A DNA stretch of 64,000 nucleotides from an uncultured Nitrospiraceae bacterium (lineage in GTDB: Bacteria; Nitrospirota; UBA9217). The position numbers were made by a program, and so were the translations under genes. The notes under the pieces are model-generated. The model was not told the DNA's origin and ran no database searches. It saw only the letters and a program-made list of their open reading frames with translations. The DNA is taken from positions 691,723 through 755,722 of the forward strand of contig CAYUSP010000003.1 in the NCBI GenBank assembly GCA_964447405.1, in the 5' to 3' direction. Positions within the stretch are counted from its first letter, which is position 1, and each line of letters opens with the position of its first letter. This document shows, one piece after another, positions 25,571 through 34,502 of this stretch.

Positions 25571-26422
25571 ATGTCAGCTAAACTATTAACCGGCAAAGAA
25601 GTTGCTCAGAAGATGGACCAGGATATCCAGAAGGATGTCCAGGAGCTCAAGACGAAGGGTTGCAATCCAGCGCTCAGGATCATGATCGTGGGCGATGCGG
25701 AAGATTCGATCTTTTACGCGAACAGCGCAAAAAAGATGGCGGAAAAGAACGGCATTGCCTGTGAAATAGAGCAGGTTGCCGGAACTACAAGTCAGGCAGA
25801 CTTTGTCAGCACGCTTAAACAGCGGAACGCGGACAAGAACATTCACGGTATCATCGTCATGCGGCCGTTCCCAAAACAGATCAGCGAAGATGTTGTAAAA
25901 CACATTCTCGCTCCGGAAAAAGATATTGACTGCTTCAATCCAGTGAACGCCGGCAAGATCATGGCCGGCGATATGACCGGCTTCCCGCCGGCAACCCCCC
26001 AGGCAGTCATGGAAATCCTGAAATTCTATCAGATCCCCATGAGCGGCAAGGAAGCGGTGGTCATCGGCCGCTCCATGGTTGTGGGCAAGCCTATGTCCAT
26101 GCTGCTGTTGGGTGAGAACGCGACAGTCACCGTATGCCACTCAAAAACGCAGGACCTTCCTGGCGTTTGCCGCAGAGCAGACATTCTTGTTGCAGCAATC
26201 GGCAAGGCAAAGATGATCACAAAGGACTATATCAAGCAGGGCGCCACGGTCATGGATGTGGGAATTAATCCGGAAGGTGATAAGTTCGTGGGTGATGTGG
26301 ACACCGAACCGGCAAAGGATGTTGCCGGAGCTATAACTCCGGTCCCCGGTGGTGTGGGCACGGTCACGACGCGTGTGCTGCTCAAGCATGTCGTTAAAGC
26401 AGCGAAACTGCAGAACCCATAA
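25571..26422 (+). CDS. folD: Bifunctional methylene-THF dehydrogenase / methenyl-THF cyclohydrolase
   Basis: ORF trimmed to the ATG at 25571, preceded by GAAGGAGAA. ...LTGKEVA...VGDAEDS..Y...GIIVMRPFP...NPVN.G...PATP.AVMEIL...VVIGRS.VVGKP...PGGVGTVTT is the FolD pattern. Confidence 0.9.
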   Translation: MSAKLLTGKEVAQKMDQDIQKDVQELKTKGCNPALRIMIVGDAEDSIFYANSAKKMAEKNGIACEIEQVAGTTSQADFVSTLKQRNADKNIHGIIVMRPFPKQISEDVVKHILAPEKDIDCFNPVNAGKIMAGDMTGFPPATPQAVMEILKFYQIPMSGKEAVVIGRSMVVGKPMSMLLLGENATVTVCHSKTQDLPGVCRRADILVAAIGKAKMITKDYIKQGATVMDVGINPEGDKFVGDVDTEPAKDVAGAITPVPGGVGTVTTRVLLKHVVKAAKLQNP

Positions 26423-26576
26423 CGAGAGATCAATGGTTTTGGCAAGAACCAAGGACAAAATAGCAGAGCAAAGCAGAAATTCAGGTTTGAAAGCTGCATA
26501 GTACGTCGAACTTATACCTGTTACCGCCATTCCGGTGAAGAGCGGAATCCGGATTCACCGTTACATCGCATAACAT

Positions 26577-26619
26577 AAAAAACCCCCGGGAGATTGCTCC
26601 CCCGGGGGTTTGTTTTTGC
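26577..26619. terminator. Bidirectional rho-independent terminator between folD (+) and the porin gene (-)
   Basis: GC-rich stem AACCCCCGGGAG/CTCCCCCGGGGGTT with a 4-nt loop. It is flanked by AAAAA upstream and TTTGTTTTT downstream, so either strand reads as a U-tract terminator. Confidence 0.75.
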
Positions 26620-26653
26620 TTCCGTATCAGCACAATTACTGTGCGAACACGAT

Positions 26654-27952
26654 TTAGAACGCCATGGTAAGCACGCCCTGGATGTTGGTTGAAGCATCCT
26701 TGCCCAGACCTGCGCCCGGGATAAGATGGCCGACAACCCAGTTCCAGGTCACGCCATCAGCAAGCTTCCAGTTCGCCTTGAGGTCGATTTCGTTTCCGAG
26801 CTCGGAAGTATCTGCACCACCAACTTCCTTCTTGTTCGCGACCTTTTCCGTGGCCTGCAGAATCCAGATATCGCCGCCAATGCTCAGGTTCTTTGTAGCT
26901 GCGAACATGGCGCCTGCATTAAGCGCTGTGGTACCGCAGAAGCCCTGGTTCTTCGCGCCGCATGCACCAGCGACCAAGAATTCATAGACCAGCGTGTAGT
27001 GAACATCCTTGTCAAGGAAGGTGACCATTTGATTGAAGTCAGGTGAGGTCGAATTGCGCTTGACGCCGGAACCGCGGGCTACGGTAAAGTTCACCGTGAG
27101 AGCATCCATCGGCACTTTGCCTTCGATTACGATCTGGTTGCCCTTGAGTTTTGCCGAGGTGGTAGCACCCTTTGCTGTGCCAGACTGCATGTCAAGTTCA
27201 GCCTTGAGATCGATCGGGCCGACTTTGCCGCCAAAATGCAAGCCGACGTTCGTGGCTTTCGTGTCATAACCGGCTGTATTGAATCCAAAGCCATTTCGAC
27301 GGTCATTCGCCTGTAAGATGTTGATACCGGCTGTGGCATCACCAAACTTGTTGGTGGCAACGAGCACATAGGCATCAATGTCATCGCTGGCATTGATCGC
27401 TCCCTCGGAGATCTTCACATCCACTACGCCAAGATGGAGTCCGCCGAAATCAGCATAGGCTACTAAGGCATCGGAACCATACTTGTTGGAACGAATGAAC
27501 CAAGCATTGCTGAGCTGAAGGAACATATGACCAGCCTTGAAAAAGACTGGCGTTCCCGGGATCGGGGTCAGGAGCCATGCTTCGCGAAGCTTGATGCGGC
27601 TTGCGGGACCAGTGGTGGCAACGTAATTGCCAGCTGTATTCGTGCCACCGGTCACTACCGTCGTGGTTCCCTGCTCTGCTTCATATCTGCCGAATGTGTC
27701 CCAGTCGTTCTCGATCGTCACTTTAGCCTTGGCATCGCCTGCCTTGGCATTAATGTCAATGCGAACTCTCTCCTGCGTGCTAACGTCTCTTGTGGCGCTC
27801 GTGTCAGCTGTTGCATCACTAAAATCCAGGTTGTTGAAATTCTTGCTTCTCAAAAATACCTGCCCGCCTATGGTAACATCCGCGGCCAGGGCCACCGTAC
27901 TGATCATAACCATCGCCAGTGCCAACAGTACTACGAAATACTTCTTCATCAT
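26654..27952 (-). CDS. Porin-like outer-membrane beta-barrel protein
   Basis: 432 aa. It has signal peptide MMKKYFVVLLALAMVMISTVALA, alternating beta-strand-like composition rich in G/T/N/A, and a C-terminal ...GVLTMAF (terminal Phe). Confidence 0.65.
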   Translation of the reverse strand: MMKKYFVVLLALAMVMISTVALAADVTIGGQVFLRSKNFNNLDFSDATADTSATRDVSTQERVRIDINAKAGDAKAKVTIENDWDTFGRYEAEQGTTTVVTGGTNTAGNYVATTGPASRIKLREAWLLTPIPGTPVFFKAGHMFLQLSNAWFIRSNKYGSDALVAYADFGGLHLGVVDVKISEGAINASDDIDAYVLVATNKFGDATAGINILQANDRRNGFGFNTAGYDTKATNVGLHFGGKVGPIDLKAELDMQSGTAKGATTSAKLKGNQIVIEGKVPMDALTVNFTVARGSGVKRNSTSPDFNQMVTFLDKDVHYTLVYEFLVAGACGAKNQGFCGTTALNAGAMFAATKNLSIGGDIWILQATEKVANKKEVGGADTSELGNEIDLKANWKLADGVTWNWVVGHLIPGAGLGKDASTNIQGVLTMAF

Positions 27953-28665
27953 TCATCCTCCCTTAACATTGATTTTGCCCCGAATTGCTCCGGAACACAA
28001 GGTAACCTCTTTTTTATCTACAACTCAAAATGATGCCGATGCATTATTGCGGTTTATTGGGACAGCACCCCCCCTTTCATCTTTGTATCAAAATTTTGAA
28101 CAAACGAAGGATAGAGACTCAAGTCCACATAGTGAGCTGATGTGCATTTCAAATTTTACTGCATTTCTTGTATTTTTTTTGCGGAATCCCTTGCTGCTGC
28201 TTTTGGGACAACTGATGTATTGCTCAACGCGAACACGTTGGCAATGGTGATATGTAGGTCTGTCAGTGGTTATCATTGATTGATAATTTCATACGAATCT
28301 GCCACTAGCACAAACAACTACAAACAACGAAATGTGAAAACCGGGGAAGACAAAACACGTGATGCAAGCATTCAATGAGCATTTGGAAGCAATTGAAGTA
28401 GGGCAAATATAACAAAGTCGCATAGTCAAGTCAAGACTTTTCTACCTCATTGAAATGGGAATAAAACATGATCAGTTGCAGATTACCGAAACTATAAACT
28501 CGCTGACTTGCTGACGTAGAAAAGATTGCCCGCGCATATAACACCATTCATTCATGAAACAGGTCCCAAAAAGTCTGACGTACCTCAGCTGCGATTTGAT
28601 CAATCAGTCGGACCTGTGGCTAACCAGTCGCCGCCAATTCCCGGGATCATCATTTCAGTTTCCCC

Positions 28666-29313
28666 TTGCCATCACAAATAACTCATGCTATAACGCTCGT
28701 CATGTCAACCTCTCCCTCCTTAGAAGAACAGATAACGATGGCGGGCCTCACATACGGACGCCGCCACGACATCGCATACCGCTCCGGCATGGTGCTCCAG
28801 GTATGCGGTGCTGCCTTGCTCGCTGTGCTGTATCCGCTCGACAGCCCGTTCTATACCATAGGCATCATGCTGTTCGAAGCCGGCGTACTGCTTTCTGCAA
28901 TCTATCTTCTCGTTTGGATGCGCCCGGTCAAGAAGATAATAGTCGGGTCGGTGATCGCAGGGCTCGTTCTTCAAGTAGTCGGTGCCTTCGCGGCCCCGGA
29001 ACAATATGCGGGTCTGGTTCTGCTCTCAGGAATCGGGCTCGTCTGCGCTGGAGCGGCTGGGATGGTCGGCAATGAGGCGTTTTGCTTTGGATACCGTGAA
29101 GGCTGGGTGCTTATGCTGGCTGGATTTCCCGTGATGGTCCTGGCAAATCTGCTGCTCAGAGAGAACCGCATTTTCAATTCGCTGGGTTTCTCCGTTATTT
29201 TTTTACTGCTGCTTTCACTTACAGGCAAGAAGCTAAGGCAGAAATTGCTTTCTTTACCCTCTACAAGCGTTTGCGGGGTGTCGGAGAGGACAGAAGTAAG
29301 AAGTAAGAAGTAA
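28666..29313 (+). CDS. Hypothetical multi-pass membrane protein (possibly DUF2301-like)
   Basis: It has 5-6 predicted TM helices and a ...GNEAFCFGYREGW... motif. The start is uncertain (alternative ATGs at codons 13 and 25). The last ~9 codons and the stop lie inside the repeat arm of the downstream cassette. Confidence 0.5.
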   Translation: MPSQITHAITLVMSTSPSLEEQITMAGLTYGRRHDIAYRSGMVLQVCGAALLAVLYPLDSPFYTIGIMLFEAGVLLSAIYLLVWMRPVKKIIVGSVIAGLVLQVVGAFAAPEQYAGLVLLSGIGLVCAGAAGMVGNEAFCFGYREGWVLMLAGFPVMVLANLLLRENRIFNSLGFSVIFLLLLSLTGKKLRQKLLSLPSTSVCGVSERTEVRSKK

Positions 29314-29736
29314 GAGAACTACCAAATATAATTCGTCCAACATGAAAAAACATAACTTCAGAAATCTAAAAATCTACCAACGAGCCATAGCATTCGCTGT
29401 GGATATTTACCAGATCAGCAGGAGTTTTCCGCAGGATGAAATTTATGGGCTGACAAGTCAGATACGACGGGCCGCAACTTCAATCCCCCTTAATATTGCC
29501 GAAGGCAGTGGCAGCACATCAGGAAAAGAGTTTAGGCGATTTCTTGAAATTGCTTTACGTTCTGATTATGAGGTATTGGCCTGTCTGGAAATATCATTAC
29601 GATTGAATTACTGCAATCATGCGGTTTTTGAAAAACTGACTCAGGAAGCAAACGAAATAGCATCCATGATAGCTGGATTCTCAAAAAGCCTATAATCTTA
29701 CTTCTTACGTCTTATCTCCTTTTTCTTTCTTCTGTC
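29288..29736 (+). mobile_element. Hairpin-bounded cassette carrying a four-helix-bundle (23S rRNA IVS-type) gene
   Basis: The left arm is GGACAGAAGTAAGAAGTAAGAAGTAAGA (29288-29315). The right arm is TCTTACTTCTTAC...CTTCTGTC (29696-29736). The inner 13 bp and outer 8 bp are complementary. The cargo is AT-rich. The stop codons of both flanking convergent genes fall in the arms. Confidence 0.65.
29342..29695 (+). CDS. Four helix bundle protein (23S rRNA-intervening-sequence protein family)
   Basis: 117 aa. ...LKIYQRAIAFAVDIYQISRSFPQDEIYGLTSQIRRAATSIPLNIAEGSGSTSGKEFRRFLEIALRS..E is the canonical pattern of this family. Confidence 0.85.
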   Translation: MKKHNFRNLKIYQRAIAFAVDIYQISRSFPQDEIYGLTSQIRRAATSIPLNIAEGSGSTSGKEFRRFLEIALRSDYEVLACLEISLRLNYCNHAVFEKLTQEANEIASMIAGFSKSL

Positions 29737-31141
29737 ACTTAAAATCTTCCTTTTTCAAACCATACCGCGCCATCTTTTCATGGAAGTTCTTGATATTGAT
29801 CCCCGCATGACCAGCCGCTTTGGTCATGTTTCCGGCATACATTTTGAGAAGCTGGGTAAAATATTCTGTTTCAAACTGCGCAACGACCTCAGTTTTGATC
29901 ATCCGAAAAGGCGGGATATCGCCTCCTCCGGGGAATGACGCGGTGAACTTTCCTGTTCCTCCCGGACGTTTCAAGTCAAGACGGCTGAGGGTGTCGCCCT
30001 TTTCCATGATCACTGCGCGTTCGATAAGATTCTCCAGTTCGCGCACGTTTCCGGGATAGGAATACCGCAGCAACGCAGTGAGCGCATCCGGTGATATAGA
30101 AGTAATCGTTTTCTGGTTTTTTTCGCAATATTTCCTGAGAAAAAATGAGGCTAAAAGCGGGACATCGTCCATCCGGTCCCGCAATGCGGGCAATTTGATC
30201 GGAACAACATTCAGCCGGTAAAAAAGGTCCTCGCGAAACAACCGTTCACCCATAGCGCGATGAAGATCCTTGTGCGTGGCGGCAATGACCCGTACATCGA
30301 CTTTTACGGGATGATTACCTCCCACGCGTTCGAACTCACGCTCCTGCAGTACGCGCAGGAGCTTCATCTGGACCGGCATGGACATTTCCCCGATCTCGTC
30401 GAGGAACAGCGTACCACCATCCGCCATCTCGAATCTACCGATGCGCTGCCGGATCGCACCGGTAAACGATCCCTTCTCGTGTCCAAACAGTTCACTTTCC
30501 AGGAGGGTCTCGGGAAGGGCTGAACAGCTCACAACGACGAATGGGCGGTCCTTTCTTCTGCTGTTATAGTGGATCGACCGGGCTATGAGCTCTTTGCCTG
30601 TGCCGCTCTCTCCGTGGATCAGCACAGTTGCATCGGTCTCGGCCACTGTACGGATGAGCTGAAATATCCCCTGCATGTGCGGATTTCTTCCCAAAAGATT
30701 GCCAAACTGATAACGCTCCTCCACCTCATGCCTGAGATTTTCCACCTCCCGGAAAAGCCTCCTGCGTTCAACAGCATTTTTTACCTGTTGGCTCAGATCC
30801 TCATATTGTATCGGTTTGGTTAAAAAGCTGTAGGCGCCCTCCTTCATTGCCTTGACAGCCATCTCTATCGTCCCGTAAGCGGTCACGACGATCACCGGAA
30901 TGTCAGTCCTGCCCGGCCCCGGGAAGGCTCCCTTGCGAAGCTTCTCGAGCAGGTCCATACCCGTGATCATCGGCATCTGCTGGTCCACGATAATGACATC
31001 GAAATCGCGGCTCTCAAGGCATCTCAATGCCGAAACGCCGTCTTCCGCCGTCTCTACTTCATAGCCTTCCCTTCTGAGGTTGGCAGACATGACCAGAAGG
31101 ATGTCGGGCTCATCGTCGACTATTAAGAGGGAGCCTTTCAT
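29735..31141 (-). CDS. Sigma-54-dependent response regulator (REC, AAA+ and Fis-type HTH domains; NtrC family)
   Basis: 468 aa. The REC domain has LLIVDDEPD...DVIIVDQQMP. It also has Walker A GESGTGKE, the sigma-54 contact ESELFGHEKGSFTGA, and a C-terminal HTH. Confidence 0.9.
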   Translation of the reverse strand: MKGSLLIVDDEPDILLVMSANLRREGYEVETAEDGVSALRCLESRDFDVIIVDQQMPMITGMDLLEKLRKGAFPGPGRTDIPVIVVTAYGTIEMAVKAMKEGAYSFLTKPIQYEDLSQQVKNAVERRRLFREVENLRHEVEERYQFGNLLGRNPHMQGIFQLIRTVAETDATVLIHGESGTGKELIARSIHYNSRRKDRPFVVVSCSALPETLLESELFGHEKGSFTGAIRQRIGRFEMADGGTLFLDEIGEMSMPVQMKLLRVLQEREFERVGGNHPVKVDVRVIAATHKDLHRAMGERLFREDLFYRLNVVPIKLPALRDRMDDVPLLASFFLRKYCEKNQKTITSISPDALTALLRYSYPGNVRELENLIERAVIMEKGDTLSRLDLKRPGGTGKFTASFPGGGDIPPFRMIKTEVVAQFETEYFTQLLKMYAGNMTKAAGHAGINIKNFHEKMARYGLKKEDFK

Positions 31142-32850
31142 AGGGGGGGGGTCTGATTGAGGACCGTGGAATATGGCTTGTCCGAATGTACTGCTTCTCC
31201 ATGTGCTCCGGGTGCACTGCTCTGCATGCCGGAACAGCAGCGTATAGGAAGCCTCACCAGGATCCGGGTGCCGCCGGACGAGGGTTGATCGATGACGATC
31301 TCACCCTCATGGCTCTTCAAGACCCTCTGGACGATGGTCAGGCCAAGCCCCGTACCTCTGACTTTGGTCGTATAAAAGGACTGGAAGACGCGCTCCCGAT
31401 CCTGCTCGGGAATTCCCGGGCCCGAATCCTGGATGCGAATTTCGACTGCCGGCCGATCCATTGCCTGCGCCGTGGAAACCCGCAGCGTCCCACCCCCGGG
31501 CATTGCTTCCGCGGCATTGCGCAGCAGATTGTGCAGCGCCTGTTCTATCTGCAGCTCATCCGCCTGCAAATGCGGAAGCCCCGGATCAAGGTCGCGCACC
31601 AGCTCGATCTTCTGGGTGCGGAGCTGCTCACCAAGAGCATCAAGCGCCTGATCAAGCACGGTATTGACCTGAAGCGTCGTGAGATTCATGCGGATCGGTT
31701 TGGAAACATAGAGGAGGTCGGAGGCCACCTGGTTAACGCGGACAGCCTGCCGTTTGATCAAGCTCGTGAACTTTTGCAGTGTTTCATCGTTTGCATATTC
31801 CGTGGACAGAAAATGCGCCGCTCCAGTGATCGCGTTCAACGGATTTCTCACTTCGTGGGCCACACGGGCGGCCATCTCTCCCAGCTCTGCGAGGCGGCGC
31901 GACTGTTCGAGCCGCTCTGCGAGCCGGACCTTTTCGGTCACGTCCTTGATGTATTCGACCACCTGAACGACCCGGTTGCCCCGGTCCAGCAGAGGAAACG
32001 AGCTGATCTCGACGACCCGGTCCTCGGCCACGCCGGCGTTTCGGGGGAGTCTCTTCGTGGTCGATGCCGGCAATCCCGTGCGAAACGTCTCCTCGGCAGG
32101 GCAGTCATTGCAGACCGTGGTCCCGAAGGAGCAGGCTTCATGGCACCGCTCGCCGGGTGTGATGCTCCGGGCGAGCAGCGACGTCATTGACTTATTCGCG
32201 GCGGTTATCCTGAAATCACTGTTAATGACCTGGATGCCGTCCGTGATGCCGTCGAACATGGCCACCAGTCTCTTGCGAGCATCGGAGATCTGGTCCTCCA
32301 TCTCCTTTTTTCGCGTAATATCCTCAAGCATGATCACCACGCCGTTTCCGACGGACCAGGCCATTTTGCCGAGGGGATAAACGCTGTAGCTCATGGTCTT
32401 TCGGGGGCCGTGCTTCGACAGCAGATCATATTCGAGGTCAATGGCGGCACCTGCGGCCCAGACCGCATCGGACAAACGCTCCCATAGTGCTCGGAGCGCA
32501 TGGTCATCGAATCCCATGATCTTGCCTATTTCCGCCATATGCTTGCCAACCACCATCACGCGCGGCAAGCCGAATAATTTTTCCGCCGCGGCATTAAAGA
32601 TCCTGATGCCGCCTTCTCCGTCAAGCGAGATGATGCCGGTGGTCACACTGTCGAGCAGGCCTCCCATGTGCAGAAGGAGTTCGTTGTTCCAGCCGGGTGC
32701 AGCCGGGATCGCGGCTCCGGAACGCGCGGGTTGACCGGCCCCACCTCCGAAAGGATCGTTGCCAAGAGGTGTCTTTTTTTCGGTTCGCATGAATGGAAAT
32801 CGCGATTTACTGGTGGGAAGTTTCCTTGTCATGTTTATCCGTCTTGTCAC
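31138..32850 (-). CDS. PAS-domain sensor histidine kinase (cytoplasmic; one PAS carries a 4-Cys motif)
   Basis: It has two PAS-like regions, HisKA (AHEVRNPLNAI) and HATPase_c (DSGPGIP...GTGLGL). The GTG start at 32850 overlaps the upstream gene by 44 nt, so ATG 32832 or 32790 may be the true start. Confidence 0.85.
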   Translation of the reverse strand: MTRRINMTRKLPTSKSRFPFMRTEKKTPLGNDPFGGGAGQPARSGAAIPAAPGWNNELLLHMGGLLDSVTTGIISLDGEGGIRIFNAAAEKLFGLPRVMVVGKHMAEIGKIMGFDDHALRALWERLSDAVWAAGAAIDLEYDLLSKHGPRKTMSYSVYPLGKMAWSVGNGVVIMLEDITRKKEMEDQISDARKRLVAMFDGITDGIQVINSDFRITAANKSMTSLLARSITPGERCHEACSFGTTVCNDCPAEETFRTGLPASTTKRLPRNAGVAEDRVVEISSFPLLDRGNRVVQVVEYIKDVTEKVRLAERLEQSRRLAELGEMAARVAHEVRNPLNAITGAAHFLSTEYANDETLQKFTSLIKRQAVRVNQVASDLLYVSKPIRMNLTTLQVNTVLDQALDALGEQLRTQKIELVRDLDPGLPHLQADELQIEQALHNLLRNAAEAMPGGGTLRVSTAQAMDRPAVEIRIQDSGPGIPEQDRERVFQSFYTTKVRGTGLGLTIVQRVLKSHEGEIVIDQPSSGGTRILVRLPIRCCSGMQSSAPGAHGEAVHSDKPYSTVLNQTPPL

Positions 32851-34357
32851 TGCCCGTCGAGTACTGATGGTAGGAATGCATGCCCAGCTTCAGCAGCCCC
32901 TTCTCGATCAGTTTCCTCGCGGAGTCGGCAACAACAGGATCGAACTGGCCGCCCGACTCCCGCTTGAGTTCAACGAACACTTCCTGGCTCGAAATAGTGC
33001 CGCGATAAGGCCGTTCGGAGATCATGGCATCGATCGTATCGGCAACATTGAGGATCCTCGCAGCGAGGGCGATCGCCTCCCCGGCAAGGCCGCGCGGGTA
33101 CCCCTTCCCGTCATACCGCTCATGATGCTGATAGATCGCATTGATGATAAACGCTGAGAAGCCTATCGGCTCAAGGATCCTGATCCCGTGTGCCGGGTGA
33201 TCCTTCATGATGTCGAATTCTTCCCTGCTGAGCCGTTCCGGTTTGCTGATGATCAATTCGCTGATCCCGATCTTGCCCACATCATGCAGGATGGCGGCGA
33301 TATGGACCTCTTCCAGCTGCGAGGGGCTCATGCCGATGTCCCGCGCGATGGCCACTGCGTATTTCGCAACATTAGTGGAGTGCCACCGCGTGTAGGGATC
33401 CTTCGCTTCCACAGCAGCCACAAGCGCCTGCACGGTGCGGAAATAATTCTCCCGCAGGTTCTCATAAAGAGCGGCGTTTTCCATGGCGGTCACCACCTGG
33501 CTGGACAGGATGAGGACGATCTGGAGGTCGCTCTCCGTGAACGATGGCCCGGAGAGCTTGCTGACGTTCAGTACGCCGAACAGTTTGTTCTTTCCCATGA
33601 GCGGGACCGACATGGAGGAGGCCGGCATGTTCTCCCGGTTAAGGGCGCTCATGACGTCCGCGTCAGGATGCTTGCCGGCCGAGATGATCAGCGGCTTCCG
33701 GTGCTTGAGTACCAGGCCGGACACTCCCTCTCCTTCATGGCGCCTGGCCTTGAGCGCGAGGTCCGTGGAAAGACCGTGGGATGCCCGGATCAGCAGCGTG
33801 CCGCTCGCCTCATCGATCAGCATGAGCGAAACACGGTCCACATGGAATTCCTGCACCAGCACCTCGGTGATGATCTTGAAGAGATGGGCGAGATCGATCT
33901 CGGTGACCAGAAGCTTGCTGATCTCGAACAGGGGAATGAGCGCCTTCAGCCTGATGTTCTCCTTTTGAAGCCGGCTGCGCTTGACTGCGCGGTCGACCGC
34001 TCCCAGCAATTCTTCCTGGGTGAATGGCTTGAGCACGAAACCATCCACGCCGCGCATCAGGGACTCGATCGCCGTGTCAAGGGTGCCATGGCCGGTGATG
34101 AAGATGGTCACGATGTCCAGCTTCATGACCTTGACCCGCTCGAACAGCTCGAGTCCGTCAATGCCCGGCATTCTGATGTCGGTAATCAGCAGGTCCGTAG
34201 CCGCATTCGCAAGCTCATCCAGCGCCGCAGCACCGTTCGATACCGTGGAAACCTGGTACCCCTCGGCCTCAAGGATCAGTTTACAAAGATCTCTGATTGC
34301 ATCTTCATCGTCAACGACAAGGATTTTCTCTCCTGCCATGCAATAACTCCTGTCCAA
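32807..34357 (-). CDS. Response regulator with REC, GAF and HD-GYP domains (putative c-di-GMP phosphodiesterase)
   Basis: 516 aa. It has a REC domain (ILVVDDEDA...LLITDIRMPGIDG), a central GAF-like region, and HDVGK...HHERYDGKGYPRGL (HD-GYP). Confidence 0.85.
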   Translation of the reverse strand: MDRSYCMAGEKILVVDDEDAIRDLCKLILEAEGYQVSTVSNGAAALDELANAATDLLITDIRMPGIDGLELFERVKVMKLDIVTIFITGHGTLDTAIESLMRGVDGFVLKPFTQEELLGAVDRAVKRSRLQKENIRLKALIPLFEISKLLVTEIDLAHLFKIITEVLVQEFHVDRVSLMLIDEASGTLLIRASHGLSTDLALKARRHEGEGVSGLVLKHRKPLIISAGKHPDADVMSALNRENMPASSMSVPLMGKNKLFGVLNVSKLSGPSFTESDLQIVLILSSQVVTAMENAALYENLRENYFRTVQALVAAVEAKDPYTRWHSTNVAKYAVAIARDIGMSPSQLEEVHIAAILHDVGKIGISELIISKPERLSREEFDIMKDHPAHGIRILEPIGFSAFIINAIYQHHERYDGKGYPRGLAGEAIALAARILNVADTIDAMISERPYRGTISSQEVFVELKRESGGQFDPVVADSARKLIEKGLLKLGMHSYHQYSTGSDKTDKHDKETSHQ

Positions 34358-34502
34358 TAATCCATTGAGTCTATCGAGTCGGGCGGGTCCATGAAGTCAC
34401 TGACACCCTTGACGTCTTAATTGCATGGCATCATGCCCTGCGCTCCTGCCTCGGACTCCCGGGTATTGCCGCTCTCTTACACAACGATCTCGAGGAACTC
34501 TC

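Noticed and set aside
26423-26576. The 150-nt folD 3' region with GCAGAGCAAAGCAGAAA repeats and small CGGTGAA/TTCACCG and ATTCCG/CGGAAT hairpins, considered as another cassette remnant or ncRNA
   Set aside because: The stems are only 6-7 bp and overlap. I found no clear arm pair, so I cannot tell it apart from an ordinary 3' UTR preceding the terminator.
28250-28300. A sigma-54 promoter for the adjacent NtrC-type activator (TGGCAG-N5-TATGA on the minus strand near 28290), with scans of other spacers
   Set aside because: It lacks the conserved GC of the -12 element. No convincing TGGCAC-N5-TTGC(A/T) was found by eye in any intergenic region of the window.
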